Positions 53,308 to 64,000 of a stretch of DNA of 64,000 nt are shown here, piece by piece. This stretch comes from Tubiluchus corallicola. Taxonomy: Eukaryota > Animalia > Priapulida. How positions within the stretch are numbered: position 1 is the stretch's first letter; every line of letters starts with the position of its first letter. The stretch is taken from positions 938,660-1,002,659 of the forward strand of contig JAQGDQ010002366.1 in NCBI GenBank assembly GCA_030141605.1, written 5' to 3'. The notes under the pieces are model-generated. The model ran no database searches. It saw only the letters and a list, made by a program, of their open reading frames with translations, and was not told the DNA's origin. The translations under genes were made by a program, and so were the position numbers.

Positions 53308-56300
53308 CTACATAAGATCCGGGAACAAGTCTGAAAAAGACTCTTGCCAAGCTTCTTCATCAGTAGCTGGGGATGCTGCACTTACAGGTGAGCCAAGATC
53401 ACTTTCACCTGTGCTATACCCAGATTCCGAAGACGTGTTGGGCGACTTGCCATGTATTCCAGGCGTGTTTAAAGGTGAACACGAAGACAACATATTATCC
53501 CATATGCTGGGATTGTAGTGCGTATTAACCTTTAATGGAGTGTTAATATCGGTTGATAGTTCACTACGAATTCCTTCAATACCGGTACAGGATACATTAG
53601 AAAATCCACCAGATTGCAGAAAAGAATCAAACTCACTAAGATCAAGATCCATTAATTCTGAAAAATCATCAGTTGATGGCAAAGTATTGCCAAGTTCTGT
53701 GTATTCTGTAAGAGAATTTCCTCTATAAAGTACATCGACTTCTGAAGAAGTGTCTTTGTTAGCACTATAATTATCATTAGTGCAACTGATATCCTGATCG
53801 ACAATGGAAACACTTTCCGCTTCTGTTTTTACTTCTTCTTCATGATCAATTGAAGTGAGCTCATCGGCATTTTCAGCCTTGTAGTAAATGTGGTCGAATC
53901 TTATGAATTCATTGATGGCGTCCACATTCTTTGGTGTGCTCCCCACCATTTTATGATTGGATTTAAAACGCTTGTCTTCAACTTTGGCATTCTGAAATAA
54001 AAATGATTTATAAATATCTTGCTAAATTGAAACACTCAACGTAACAGTAAAAGTAGAATCTTAAAATCCAGATACAAAAACTTTGCCGTCACGCACACTT
54101 CTACATGTGTATTTGTGCACAAGAAATTTATTAAAAATAGCTAAGACAACAGCTGACATTCAACAAGTCCTTCAGTTTTCTTAAAAATTTAAACAGCCTG
54201 ACTCCTGACAAATTTAAACTGATCATACAGTATGTCAAAAATGAACGCAATACGGATTTTACAAATATATCTTTTACAGTTTTAAGAGATAAAATCGCCA
54301 ACAAACCTGCTCTGACTGTTCAACTTCATCATCCGTTTCAGACGAAAGTCCGTCAACGATGAAGGATAAGAGATCTCGCTCAGTACAATCAGGAACAGAA
54401 ACGTTACTGAAAATGCCATCCAATGAGAGACTGCACGAGCCTGCTCCTGCTGCAGAGGAAGCATTTTGAATACTGCGGATTCAACTGACTCGTCCTTTCT
54501 CTCACTGGGGACATCATCTACACCCAAACGCTTCTTCAGTATTGCGTTTTCACCACGCAGCAACTTAACTTCGTCTGTAAGTGCTTTGTTGTCAGACTGT
54601 AATGATCGATTCTGTAAAAATAAATTAAAGAGAGTTTATAGATAAAAGAAAAAACCTAAAAATTGCAAAAAATACAGTAAACTATATATAACTCCAACTG
54701 GTATAACAGAATTCTTGCGCATCTCGAACAGATACTCGTGGAACAAATTTTTTTCCTTTAACAAGCAACTCGAAATCTCTAACTGAAACCGAAATCCCGG
54801 TCCAATTCTTAAGAATCTGATTGAAATTGCCTCGCTTATCTCGAACAGCCTCCCAAGCAAGAAGTCCTACGCAAAAGTGTGCACCACATTATGCTAGTTT
54901 CAGCAAAAATGCTAAAATTTCTTGTATTACCTTAGCAGAGCATTGCAAACACCACGGCTCAACGAACGTGGTTTAATGTAGATCACAATATTGTTATTGC
55001 AAAATTGTTAAAACCATGCTACTCAGACTACAATAAAGGTGGGTCAGTCATTTTATTTTTGGTTTGTGTTAGGTATTTGATTAAAGGCTTAGTTTGTCAC
55101 TTTCGCAGGCTGTAGTGTTACTAGTGTATTGTCCGACACTGATGAATGACTCAGTCTTGTTTTCTTACGAACATCGTCTTACTCGTACTTTCGCATAACT
55201 CAAACAAATTTTCCGGTCCCGAGGTGTTTAAGTTAAACGTAGCTTACTGTAGTGATCAGTTTAGCTCTTTTAAATTCAACTTTTGTGATGTTTTGACCAA
55301 TTTACTCCGAGTCAATTGTCAGATGTGATAATGTCATAACGAAAAAATCAGCTAATTAGTACAAAATTTGAAACACAGATAAATGAATTATCCACCTGTT
55401 TTTCCAGTTGCACAATGGCAGTCTCCAGCATTTCCATCCTGGCCTTTTTACGGTCTCTAGCTGTCTGAGCAGCTTCCCTATTCTTCATTTTCCTAAAATT
55501 AAAATTGCAAAATTAAGACATATGCATTGATACTTGGGCATGCACCAATAATGATATGATGCTGATTGGCTGGTTAGTCATTACCCGTATAACAGTGTAT
55601 TACCACCAAGATATGTAAGCTTAGACAACAAAACTAGAAAAAACTTTTAAACTCATCCAATACAGACTTGTCCCATTTGAAAATAGTTTAAGCTTGCTTT
55701 TGTAAGATAGCCCAGGTTAGCTGTTGGCTAAGTTTAGCTGTGACTAAATGACCACTTGGTTGACTCACTATCTTTTCTCCGGTTACTCCAAAAAAATCAA
55801 AATCAAATCAAAGAAATTACAATATTTTGATTACGTGTTTTATTAAGTTAACATCACTTGCTGCATAATTTCAGTTCATTCAAAATTTTAAAAACTTCAC
55901 TAATTTAAAAAGCATCAAAATTCCAATATAGAGTAATTTGCTGACAAAAATTTTAAATATTTCAGGGCCATCTCAGTGTACTGACAACATGTACAGCCTG
56001 CTTTCTAGTTTCCATTAAGTGTAAATTGTACAACTGCGTAGATTAAATTTAAATCATTAATAAGAAATACATAGTAAAATTCAAATGCAACCAGGAACAC
56101 TCTAAAATCCGACCGGAAATAGTAAAAACATCTAAGTGCAAATGCAAGTAATGAGACTCAACCGACAGGATTAAATTCCCAGTCTTTCATAGACCAACTA
56201 GTACACGGGTTAGACAAGGAACTAAAAGCAAAACATACTACATTGCACAATGCAGACACTGTGAGGTCATAGCTGTGACAGGTCTTATAGCCAAAATAAA

Positions 56301-57932
56301 CGTAGATACAAAAACTCAAGATACAAATGAGTATATTTTATATTTTACTTTATAATTATATTTTAAAAATATCTGCTTGGAATGTAAAGAGTCTAGATTC
56401 GAAAAATTAGGGAGCATGAATTTTGCTTATTTGAGGATTTAGTGGTTTCAGCGGTTTCACATCAGCCTTTGTTCCAGTCTGGAAGGCACTTATTTCAAAG
56501 TGCAAGCCTAATTTAGACTTGTAATGCTGTCTTCTTTTTTATATCTCAAAATCAGTTCCCAACAACTTTCTTACTTTTAGAGCTTGGTTAATTCTGACAT
56601 TTACTTCCTTCAATTTATCTGTATTATCAACATATAAATCATCAATTGCAGCATTACTTGCACCCATTCTTTCATTCAGTTTTTCACATGTTAAAAAATG
56701 TTCTGCAGTGTCTTCGCTGTTTCCACATAACAAGTATTTGACATCCCCTTTAAACTTATTTATATAATTTGCTTTAACGCTGACCAACTCTGAATTTTCT
56801 GCACATTCTACAACATATTTAATTGGTTTGCCCAACTGTTCTACTCTATTACTTAAAAATTACAGCTTTGTTTTGCTTCTAATTTTTAACACACTTTCGA
56901 TATCTAAATACTGGTTTATTGCACATTTAACCAGTGCAATACTTTTTAGCATGAAATGAGCATCTCTGTCTTCATCAGAACTCACTAATGCTCTTAACCA
57001 CATTAATTTTCTGTAATGAATCCTTTGTTCAAGCGCCAAATTCCAAGTATTAACAATAAGCCCCAATAATTAATACTAATTCTTTGATTTACACATAGTA
57101 AATCTTTTGGCCACTTTCTACTTGCTTCCACTGAGTTTTGTTTAATTCAGCCCATATTTCTTTGTTAAACAGACTGACGCATATAGCAGTACTTGTATTT
57201 TAATGTATTCTGACCCAACCTCACTTGAACTACTCCAGTTCATTAATTCTCTTTTCAGGTACTCAATTTTTTCACTCCTTTTTTCAGTACTCATTCCATG
57301 TCCACCATTTTCAGTTATATAATCACCCAGATATTTATAGTGACTCACCCTTTTCACGTCACCATTTGTTACTGAAAAGTTTACAACCTCACTCTAAATT
57401 TCGTTTTTTAGACAGTCTCACAGTCTGTATCATTGTGATTTCTCTGTACTAAATGCTATCTTTTTCATCTTATCCATCAATCTACAATTATTGACAAACT
57501 GATTTACCACTCCCTCACTTCCAAATCCTAGAATCCACGGTTTGTAAATTTAATTAACAAAGATAACAAAAATTTTAGGCTGCATAAGTTTATTCAGGAA
57601 TTAATTATAAAACCAGGCTAGAATTGCGAAATTGTGATAATTTGCTCTATAATCAATTTCAGTTTTCACGACAAATATATCTTCGTTATTTAAATTTGTG
57701 AAATTAAAAAATACCTTCGTAGCAATTTCTCGTTTGGTGACAAACCACTCAAACGCTGCCGCTTACGAGGAACTGATGCAACTGACTCCGGTATTAAAGA
57801 AGCTAACATATTGCCGTCTTTCTTATGATCTTCAGCTTCGTCGTCTGATTCTAGATCCCAACAATGTTTCCTCAATACTGTAACTCGGCTACTGTGTTTG
57901 GATGAAGTTGTAAGCACAGAAACCTGCGCCAT
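53308..57932 (-). CDS. XBP1: X-box binding protein 1, IRE1-spliced form XBP1s (bZIP transcription factor, 426 aa)
   Basis: Exons 57932-57715, 55492-55396, 54611-54307 (minus the 23-nt intron 54475-54453) and 53991-53308, all with GT-AG boundaries in consistent phase. bZIP: RKRQRLSGLSPNEKLLRRKMKNREAAQTARDRKKARMEMLE. The splice junction reads ESAAGAG as in human XBP1s. Also DAINEFIRFDHIY and C-terminal WQESFSDLFPDLM*. Confidence 0.97.
53901..57932 (-). CDS. XBP1: XBP1 unspliced form XBP1u (236 aa) with HR2-like hydrophobic segment and C-terminal pausing peptide
   Basis: Same exons with the 23-nt intron retained. The frame reads ...ESAVFKMLPLQQEQARAVSHWMAFSVTFLFLIVLSEISYP...SQSR|MPKLKTSVLNPIIKWWGAHQRMWTPSMNS* with TAA at 53903-53901. 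Confidence 0.92.
54453..54475 (-). other. 23-nt unconventional (IRE1/RtcB) intron of XBP1
   Basis: Minus strand TTGAAT-CCG|CAGT-ATTCAA...TGCTTCCT-CTG|CAGC-AGGAGCA forms two stem-loops with 7-nt CNG|CAGN loops. Removing CAGTATTCAAAATGCTTCCTCTG shifts into the long open XBP1s frame. Confidence 0.95.
56530..57530 (-). mobile_element. Decayed LINE ORF2 3' half in XBP1 intron 1
   Basis: Fragments YKYLGDYI, LYASVC and YLLCGNSEDTAEHFLTC (CCHC-type), broken by frameshifts. Confidence 0.75.
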
Positions 57933-57959
57933 TGTGAAGAATAATCTTCTGTCTATATC

Positions 57960-58061
57960 CTATAACTCCATTATTGAACGTTAGTTAAGAATCTTCCACC
58001 TTCTTTTAGATCACCAAATCGAAATAACTCTACATCCTGAAGAAACAAACCTATTCTACAT
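57960..58061 (-). promoter_or_regulatory. Three short uORFs in the putative XBP1 5' leader
   Basis: ATG-TAG at 58061-58056, ATG-TAG at 58035-58030, and ATG GAG TTA TAG at 57971-57960, each with A at -3. The TSS is inferred, not observed. Confidence 0.5.
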
Positions 58062-58065
58062 ACTA

Positions 58066-58194
58066 AAATGATTGTTGACAAAATGATGAATGATGCAATA
58101 CGGAAATTAACTCGTGTTGCATTTTGATTGGTTAGTCAAATCCGGATAAGTAGATAAGAAACCACTAGTGATTGGTTAAACGAGAGTGACGTCG
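58066..58194 (-). promoter_or_regulatory. XBP1 proximal promoter: ERSE-like element, C/EBP-ATF site, second CCAAT box, CRE-like site, Inr-like TCATTT
   Basis: Minus strand CCAAT-CAAAATGCA-ACACG at 58131-58113 (ERSE consensus CCAAT-N9-CCACG, 1 mismatch). TGATGCAAT at 58091-58099. ATTGG at 58171-58175. TGACGTCG at 58187-58194. TCATTT (minus) at 58071-58066 and 58086-58081. Confidence 0.65.
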
Positions 58195-58542
58195 CATACC
58201 GATGCGTGTCGTGACCGATTTGCTGTTTCTACACTCGGCTGAGTAAGGCGACTGATTAGTTGCACGGTCTGCACTGATCAGTGTTTGCGCATACCCGTCT
58301 TCCAAATGGCAAGCGTTCACATAATTTAAGTGCAAGATGCAACAAACTAATTCACTTTTTTGCAGTAAATGTTAATCACTTCACAATAAAATTGTTTGAC
58401 GCTGGTTCAAATTTGAACTTATTGAATTTCCTCTCTATGGCGATTCACAGTAGCTATACTAATATCTCAATCAGGCTCCTGTATATCCACATCATAAAGG
58501 AGCCAACCAAAAAGAACACTGTATCCTGTCAAGATGTTGTTC

Positions 58543-59480
58543 TTACGCCTCTACAATGACCCCTTTAATTTCGCTAAATTTTATCACATGTCTGATCCAA
58601 GCATTGACTCTTACTAATGTGCTTGCATTCACTGGAACATAGATCTTCTTTATTTTCTGCATGATTTCCAAATAATTTTTTACTACCTCACATTTCAACA
58701 GATGTTCCGTCATAGCATACTCCTTGACACACAATGGACACATCAAATCATCCTTACATTTATTTTTATAATTACACTTTACCTCTATGTTGTGGAGATC
58801 GCTGGCATCTATTACAACTAAATGGAACATTGTAGAATGTTCTGTTAGGATAATCGTCTTACCGTGTAGAATGTTCTGGAAAGAAACTTCTAGAAGCTTC
58901 TCAGGCACACTATATAAGGCGAAGCAGGCCGCTGATAGATTCACACGGACGCCACTTACACATTCTCTTGTATACTTGCATTTTCAGATACACTCAAACG
59001 TTTTCCAGATTTTCACGTTTAGTGTAATCATTTCTTGTTCCTTCATACTTTTGTGTTGTAGAATTCGGGCTTAATAAATTAATTTAATTTGATGAAGTGT
59101 TTTCTGATTTTCTCTATGAGCCTTCCGAGAGAAACAAAACACAACACTCTCATGTTTAATTTCCATTTTGTAATTTCATAATTTATACTGTTTTTTCATC
59201 ACACTCCATTGCATAATTTGTTGCATGATCCCAATTTTCAACACTATGTTTCATAAATCTCAGTTTTGTCATATTGTCACATCATGTCAAATAATAGCTG
59301 ACTTTTTCAATTTTTTCTTTCTTAATATACCTATTAGATATACATTCGTCACAATACACACCATTTCTTGTGATTTTTCACTACTAAATGTAAACTTCTT
59401 GATTTCGACCGTCATTCTGCAATTTTTTGTCACATATGCTATACCATCATTCTGCTACAGCTGAATATCCCTTCGATAGT
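58543..59480 (-). mobile_element. Decayed LINE ORF2 3' half upstream of XBP1, similar in type to the intron-1 copy
   Basis: VKCNYKNKCKDDLMCPLCVKEYAMTEHLLKC parallels VKANYINKFK...LCGNSEDTAEHFLTC at 56539-56835. Confidence 0.7.
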
Positions 59481-60359
59481 TTGATGCACACCTGTGTTAA
59501 TTAAGCAAATTTTATTTTGCTCAATTCCAGAAGTGCTGCTGATGAACCCCTATCATGCTGCAAGAGATTGACATGACAGAGCATTCATTTGCCTGTAAGT
59601 GCTTGTCTCATTTAAAATATTGAGGAGTTAATGCTGGAAGCAGGAAAATCTTCTCATGGTCGTCATCCAAATAGCTTAATTTATATTGCATTATTATGAC
59701 AATTAATTGCACATTTGATTTAGTTTTGTCAGTTCATCTTGAAAAATTACAGCAAGGAATCTCACCGTGTTTATCGCAATTGCTGTACGATATCAATCGC
59801 GCCTACGAGTGCACCTGATATGTTGTCATTTGCACAGTCACTGTAGCTACCATCACTGCACCCAGATATCCACATTACTTTAAAAAAACCCAAACATTTA
59901 CATAGTTTTTCACTTGCAGACTGCAGTTACTGTTGGGGAATTTGTAAAAAAATCCGAAATAAATAATAATTATGGCATTTGCTTGGTCTACGGCTTTTAG
60001 ACATCAGAAACTCCTTGAGTTTGCAAAAAAGCAGTTTAAATGCACTCATCTTTAAGAACAGCGAGGATGCAACTAAATGTATAATGCTAAACAACACGGT
60101 ATCCTGATTGCAAGCATTCCCCCAACCAAAGATCTAAATGCACTGCATTTAAATCTATGCCCCTAACAAAGACTTTCGATTGAAGTATGTTTGTAATTGA
60201 GGGTGGTACCTGCGGTCGTGCGCATTTAAATCTGTTCCCACAACAGACACTAGTGATTGGCGCTTGCACGTTATCGAGCATAATGCAACGGTATTCTGGT
60301 TTCCCATGTTGAAGCCACAAGTGTTTGTATATCAAATCATCAGGATCCATGCTGGGATC

Positions 60360-60665
60360 TCCCTAATTTGATGGACTTAGTGAACGTTTTTTTGGACGCG
60401 ATGGACGTAATTTTGAGCGTCCATTCACTAAACTGATGGACGTCCGTTTACTATTTCTATGGGTTCGTTGGACGTAATTTTGGACTCAATGGACGTATGT
60501 TGAAAACCCGTCTGCTAAACTGATGGACCAACATAATCTTGGACATAACTTCGAGCATCTACATGTGGGGTAGATTGTATTTGAATGTGGTGGACGTAAT
60601 GTAGAGCGTCCATTCACAAAATAGTTTAAAGTAAATTAATGGACCTACGTAATTGTTGACGTGGT
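60360..60665. repeat. Array of TGGAC(G)T motifs, probably the subterminal region of a DNA transposon
   Basis: About 12 copies of (A/T)TGGAC(G)T, including a near-duplicated TGGACGTAAT...GAGCGTCCATTCAC. Ends not resolved. Confidence 0.55.
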
Positions 60666-60829
60666 GGAATAAACGTTTATCGCGCGGGTGGACATTAGTT
60701 TAAACGTTGTTACCACAACGGTCGTATAACAAGACAGTTATCTTCACATAAATAATAGGCAATTCATTTTGCTCTTCGTGGATGGATATTTACAAAAAAC
60801 GTGCTCTATCCCCAATAATACTTCAAAGA

Positions 60830-62960
60830 TATTTATATAGGTGACCTTTAGTGCATAAATATCTGTCTATTGCATTGGATCATATTGACTGCTCTTTCTT
60901 GCACTCGTTTTAGGATGTCAGTGTTCTTCTTAAAGTATAGATCCCAAACTTGACTTACATAATCTATGTGAGGTCTAATGATAGGTATATAAAGAGGTAA
61001 TATTACGAGGATCTTGTGGAAATTGTGTTTGATATGAGTCCAAGAAGTTGATTGCCTTTCTTCACTTTGCTAGCATTATGGCTGCGGAAGTTGAGACTGG
61101 CATCAGTGGTAAGTCCTAAGTCTACTTCTAGGTCACTCCGATATGGTGTGTAGTACATTTTGAATTTGTTCTGTTTGCTGTATGGAGCTCACAGTATTGG
61201 CAAGTTTTGTGTCATCAGCGAATTTCAAGAGCATAGAACAGATTCCTTGGTCTAGACTCTAGATCATCAATGAAGATCAGGAACAGCAATGGCCCGAGAA
61301 CACTTCACTGAGGAACTCTGGGATAAAACTGGCACTTGTGATGATTTAACACCTTGGATCTCAACATATTGTGTTCTACCAATCATTCATTTCCTAATCC
61401 TTGTATGGAGAGAAAATGCCACAGACTTCTAGTTTCAAGAGCAGTTATTGATGAGGTACTTTGTCAAACGCCTTGATAAGATCAAAGTAAATCATATTTA
61501 CAGTATTCCCTTTATCAGTACTTGATAAAACAATTTCAAAAAATTCCAGAAGGTTACTGGTAACAGAGCTTTTGCTTAAAAAACCATGCTGAGATTTGTT
61601 AAGCAACCGAAATGTCATAAGGTGATCAAGAATCGCTTTGGAGATATTCTTTCCATAATTTTGCCAGTAGTGCTGGATAAGGCAATAAGGCAATTCTTAG
61701 GAAGACTTTTAGGACCTTTTTTATGTATTGGAGTAATTCACATAGTTGTACAGTTCCAGAGCTCATTGAGCAGCATTAATTAGTAACATTGGATGAATAC
61801 TATCTTGACCAGCAGATGAGTTCTTTCTGAGTGATATTATTACCTTGTTTACTTTGTTGGGGTGAAAATCCACGTTACACACTAAGGTGCGAATCAAAAG
61901 AAGCATGTACGGCATGTTTCACGTCCATGTTTTTTCGTGTGAATGCACTGAAGAACTGTTTGTTAAGAATTTCTGCCGTAGTTTGTGGGTCAGATGTATC
62001 ATTATCCAAGCTTAAAGGTCCTACTCATGGTCAACAGAGTTGATTATGATTTACATATGACCAAAGTGATTTACTGTTATGTTTTAGATTGTCAATTAGG
62101 TTGTTTTGTTAGTTCTCTTCACACTTCTTAAAACACCATGCATCAAACGTTCTTTTATAAACAGCAAAATCAGTTGGGTCTAAGGTATGCTTGCAGGTTC
62201 TGTATTTATTACGTTTGCTGTTTAGCGCAAGTTTACATTTGCGGCTAAACTAGGCTGGCTTGCTCTTAGATTTACGAGTTTTGAGTGACACATGTTGTTC
62301 AGTAAGTCCTTGCAATTGTTCGAAAATCAACAACCTGGAAGTCTCAACATCTGCTTCAGCCAGAATGTGTTTTCAAGAGATAGACTCTAACGCTGACATT
62401 ATGGCTTTGAAAATTTGCCTTGTAATAGTTGAGATGAAATATCGTAGAGCTATCATTATCATCAATTACCGTAGCACACCAGGTTATTATGGAGTGGTCA
62501 GATGTCCTAAAGCTCTCGCAGATCTCAAGATCGGGCACTAACAACTCATCATTCACCAAAACTAAATCAAGAATAGCATTACCTCTAGTTGATTGAGAAA
62601 CAAATTATGTAAAAATACAATCATGGCAAATATTTGCAAAGTTTGAAAACTTGTCATCACCTGAGAAAGTTGACCAACATCCATTAGCTAAGTTAAAGTC
62701 CCCACACAACATGATATCAGTAGATTGTGCCGTTGTTTGGTTGGTGAACTGGTACAAATTATTGTCATTAAAATAACTGGGGGGGGGGGTACACCACTTC
62801 TACAGTTAAAACATGATTATGTGGCAGTTTAGTTTAAAGTGTTCTTGAAAGTCTAGCAGATCTATAATTGGTGTACAGTGGTATTTGTCTTTCACTAAAA
62901 TTGCAATTCCTCCACCAATACGATTATCTCAATCAGCTCCGAAGGTGTTATACAATGGAA
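60830..62960 (-). mobile_element. Decayed CR1-like non-LTR retrotransposon ORF2 (APE endonuclease + RT)
   Basis: Minus-strand motifs GGGIAILVK, LCGDFN, ILDLVL and SDH (endonuclease); SQHGF, FDLIKAFDKVPH, VPQ*SVLGPLLFLIFIDD, KFADDTK and DLGL (RT). Interrupted by stops and frameshifts. Confidence 0.88.
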
Positions 62961-63007
62961 ATTTGAATGCTGTCATCTATGTTGCATGGTCCCTAAGTAA
63001 ATGGATT

Positions 63008-63130
63008 TAGGGATGTTAAAGATACAAATTTGGCAATACGAAACGATACTTTTTTCCAACGATACAATAAGGATAATCCACTTTTTAGGTGATACAATAC
63101 GATACGATAAATTATTTCGAGCTATAAAAA
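63008..63130. mobile_element. Left end of a hAT-type MITE (TAGGGATG TIR, CGATAC repeats)
   Basis: TAGGGATGTTAAAGATAC followed by several (C)GATAC motifs; right end not found in the window. Confidence 0.5.
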
Positions 63131-64000
63131 CAATACTGAAGTTAGAAAATTTATGCAACAACAGAACAAGTATCTTTAATAATTAAAATTATTAAGTGCT
63201 ATGTACTTAAATGGCTGCTAGTTATAAAACACAGGTTTTCTGTGTCTTTATGTCTAATAAAGAAGTGCAATACCTAACTATAATTATATTACATTTTAAC
63301 ACACTGTTCACATTCGACACTTAAACTAAGTCAGATTAAGTTGGTAGTACTATACACATCACAAATGTAGGCAACTACTATATGGGCTTGCTTCACGATT
63401 CCACACCTGTAAATGTTAGTTAGTGGGCCTGTGATCTATAAAACGTAATTATATTTTTATGTGCTCTCAGTATCACTTATATCTGCTTGGTTTAATTTCT
63501 AGAACTCAAGAAGGAACTTCATATAAATACAAAGTGCTTATGTAAATGAAATTTACACAAATTTACATGGTAGTTTCTCAAAAGCAGCCCATAGTTGCTT
63601 GTGGAGCAGAAACTAAGAAGCTAGGCAGATGGAATGAATCATTTGGCAACTACATCTATATTATAGTTATCACTGACGTCTCTTTCAAGTGTTTAGCCAG
63701 ATTTGTGGTTGAGCTGTAATACAGGTAATTTTGTTTGCAGTACTTGCAGATGGTGAACGTTTATGAACCGTCACTAAAAAAAGTAAAATGGTTCTGATAA
63801 ATTTCTAGGTACTGTTTTCAGTCATGATTTCTGCTAAACAGTCAGGCTGCTGATGAAGAGTTAGTTGCGCGTATAGGGTATACGTTATAGTCAAAGTACA
63901 GCGTATTTAGCAACTGTGCATCAGTATGATTCAAAAATCAAAATGAAGGTATCCATTATTGCCAGGCAAAAGTAATTTTGGGTAATTAATCTAAATATAA

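Noticed and set aside
53308-53949. 213-aa ORF as a standalone gene
   Set aside because: It is the last exon of XBP1 in the IRE1-spliced frame.
54282-54306. ORF-track ending ...SRFVGDFIS* for XBP1u
   Set aside because: Read-through into a GT-AG intron (donor CAG|GTTTGT at 54307/54306). Splicing restores both the pausing peptide and the XBP1s frame.
26827-57932. Functional linkage of FBXL2/20, Spo12-like and XBP1 as one system (ER membrane, ubiquitin, cell cycle)
   Set aside because: Adjacency in an animal genome is not evidence of shared function; it would need conserved microsynteny or co-regulation data.

Overview
AT-rich, intron-containing invertebrate animal DNA; the species cannot be determined from sequence alone. 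Three spliced protein-coding genes can be reconstructed by hand. (1) An FBXL2/FBXL20-type F-box/LRR gene on + has at least 12 coding exons (26827/26902-40053), a C-terminal CaaX box and one obligatory GC-AG intron. (2) A two-exon, 102-aa Spo12-family gene on - (44846-49941) has an intron that is mostly retrotransposon debris. (3) XBP1 on - (53308-57932) carries a 23-nt IRE1-type unconventional intron (54453-54475) between two CNG|CAG hairpins, and a dual-coding region whose unspliced frame keeps an HR2-like hydrophobic segment and a ribosome-pausing peptide. The XBP1 leader and promoter carry an ERSE-like element, a C/EBP-ATF (ATF4-type) site and three short uORFs. About 1.5-27.5 kb is CpG-rich and apparently non-coding, with RFX X-boxes and several candidate alternative first exons for the F-box gene. 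The rest is MITEs (pogo-like, hAT-like, one foldback-like element), SINE and LINE fragments, and simple repeats. All coordinates come from manual reading; no database searches were run.
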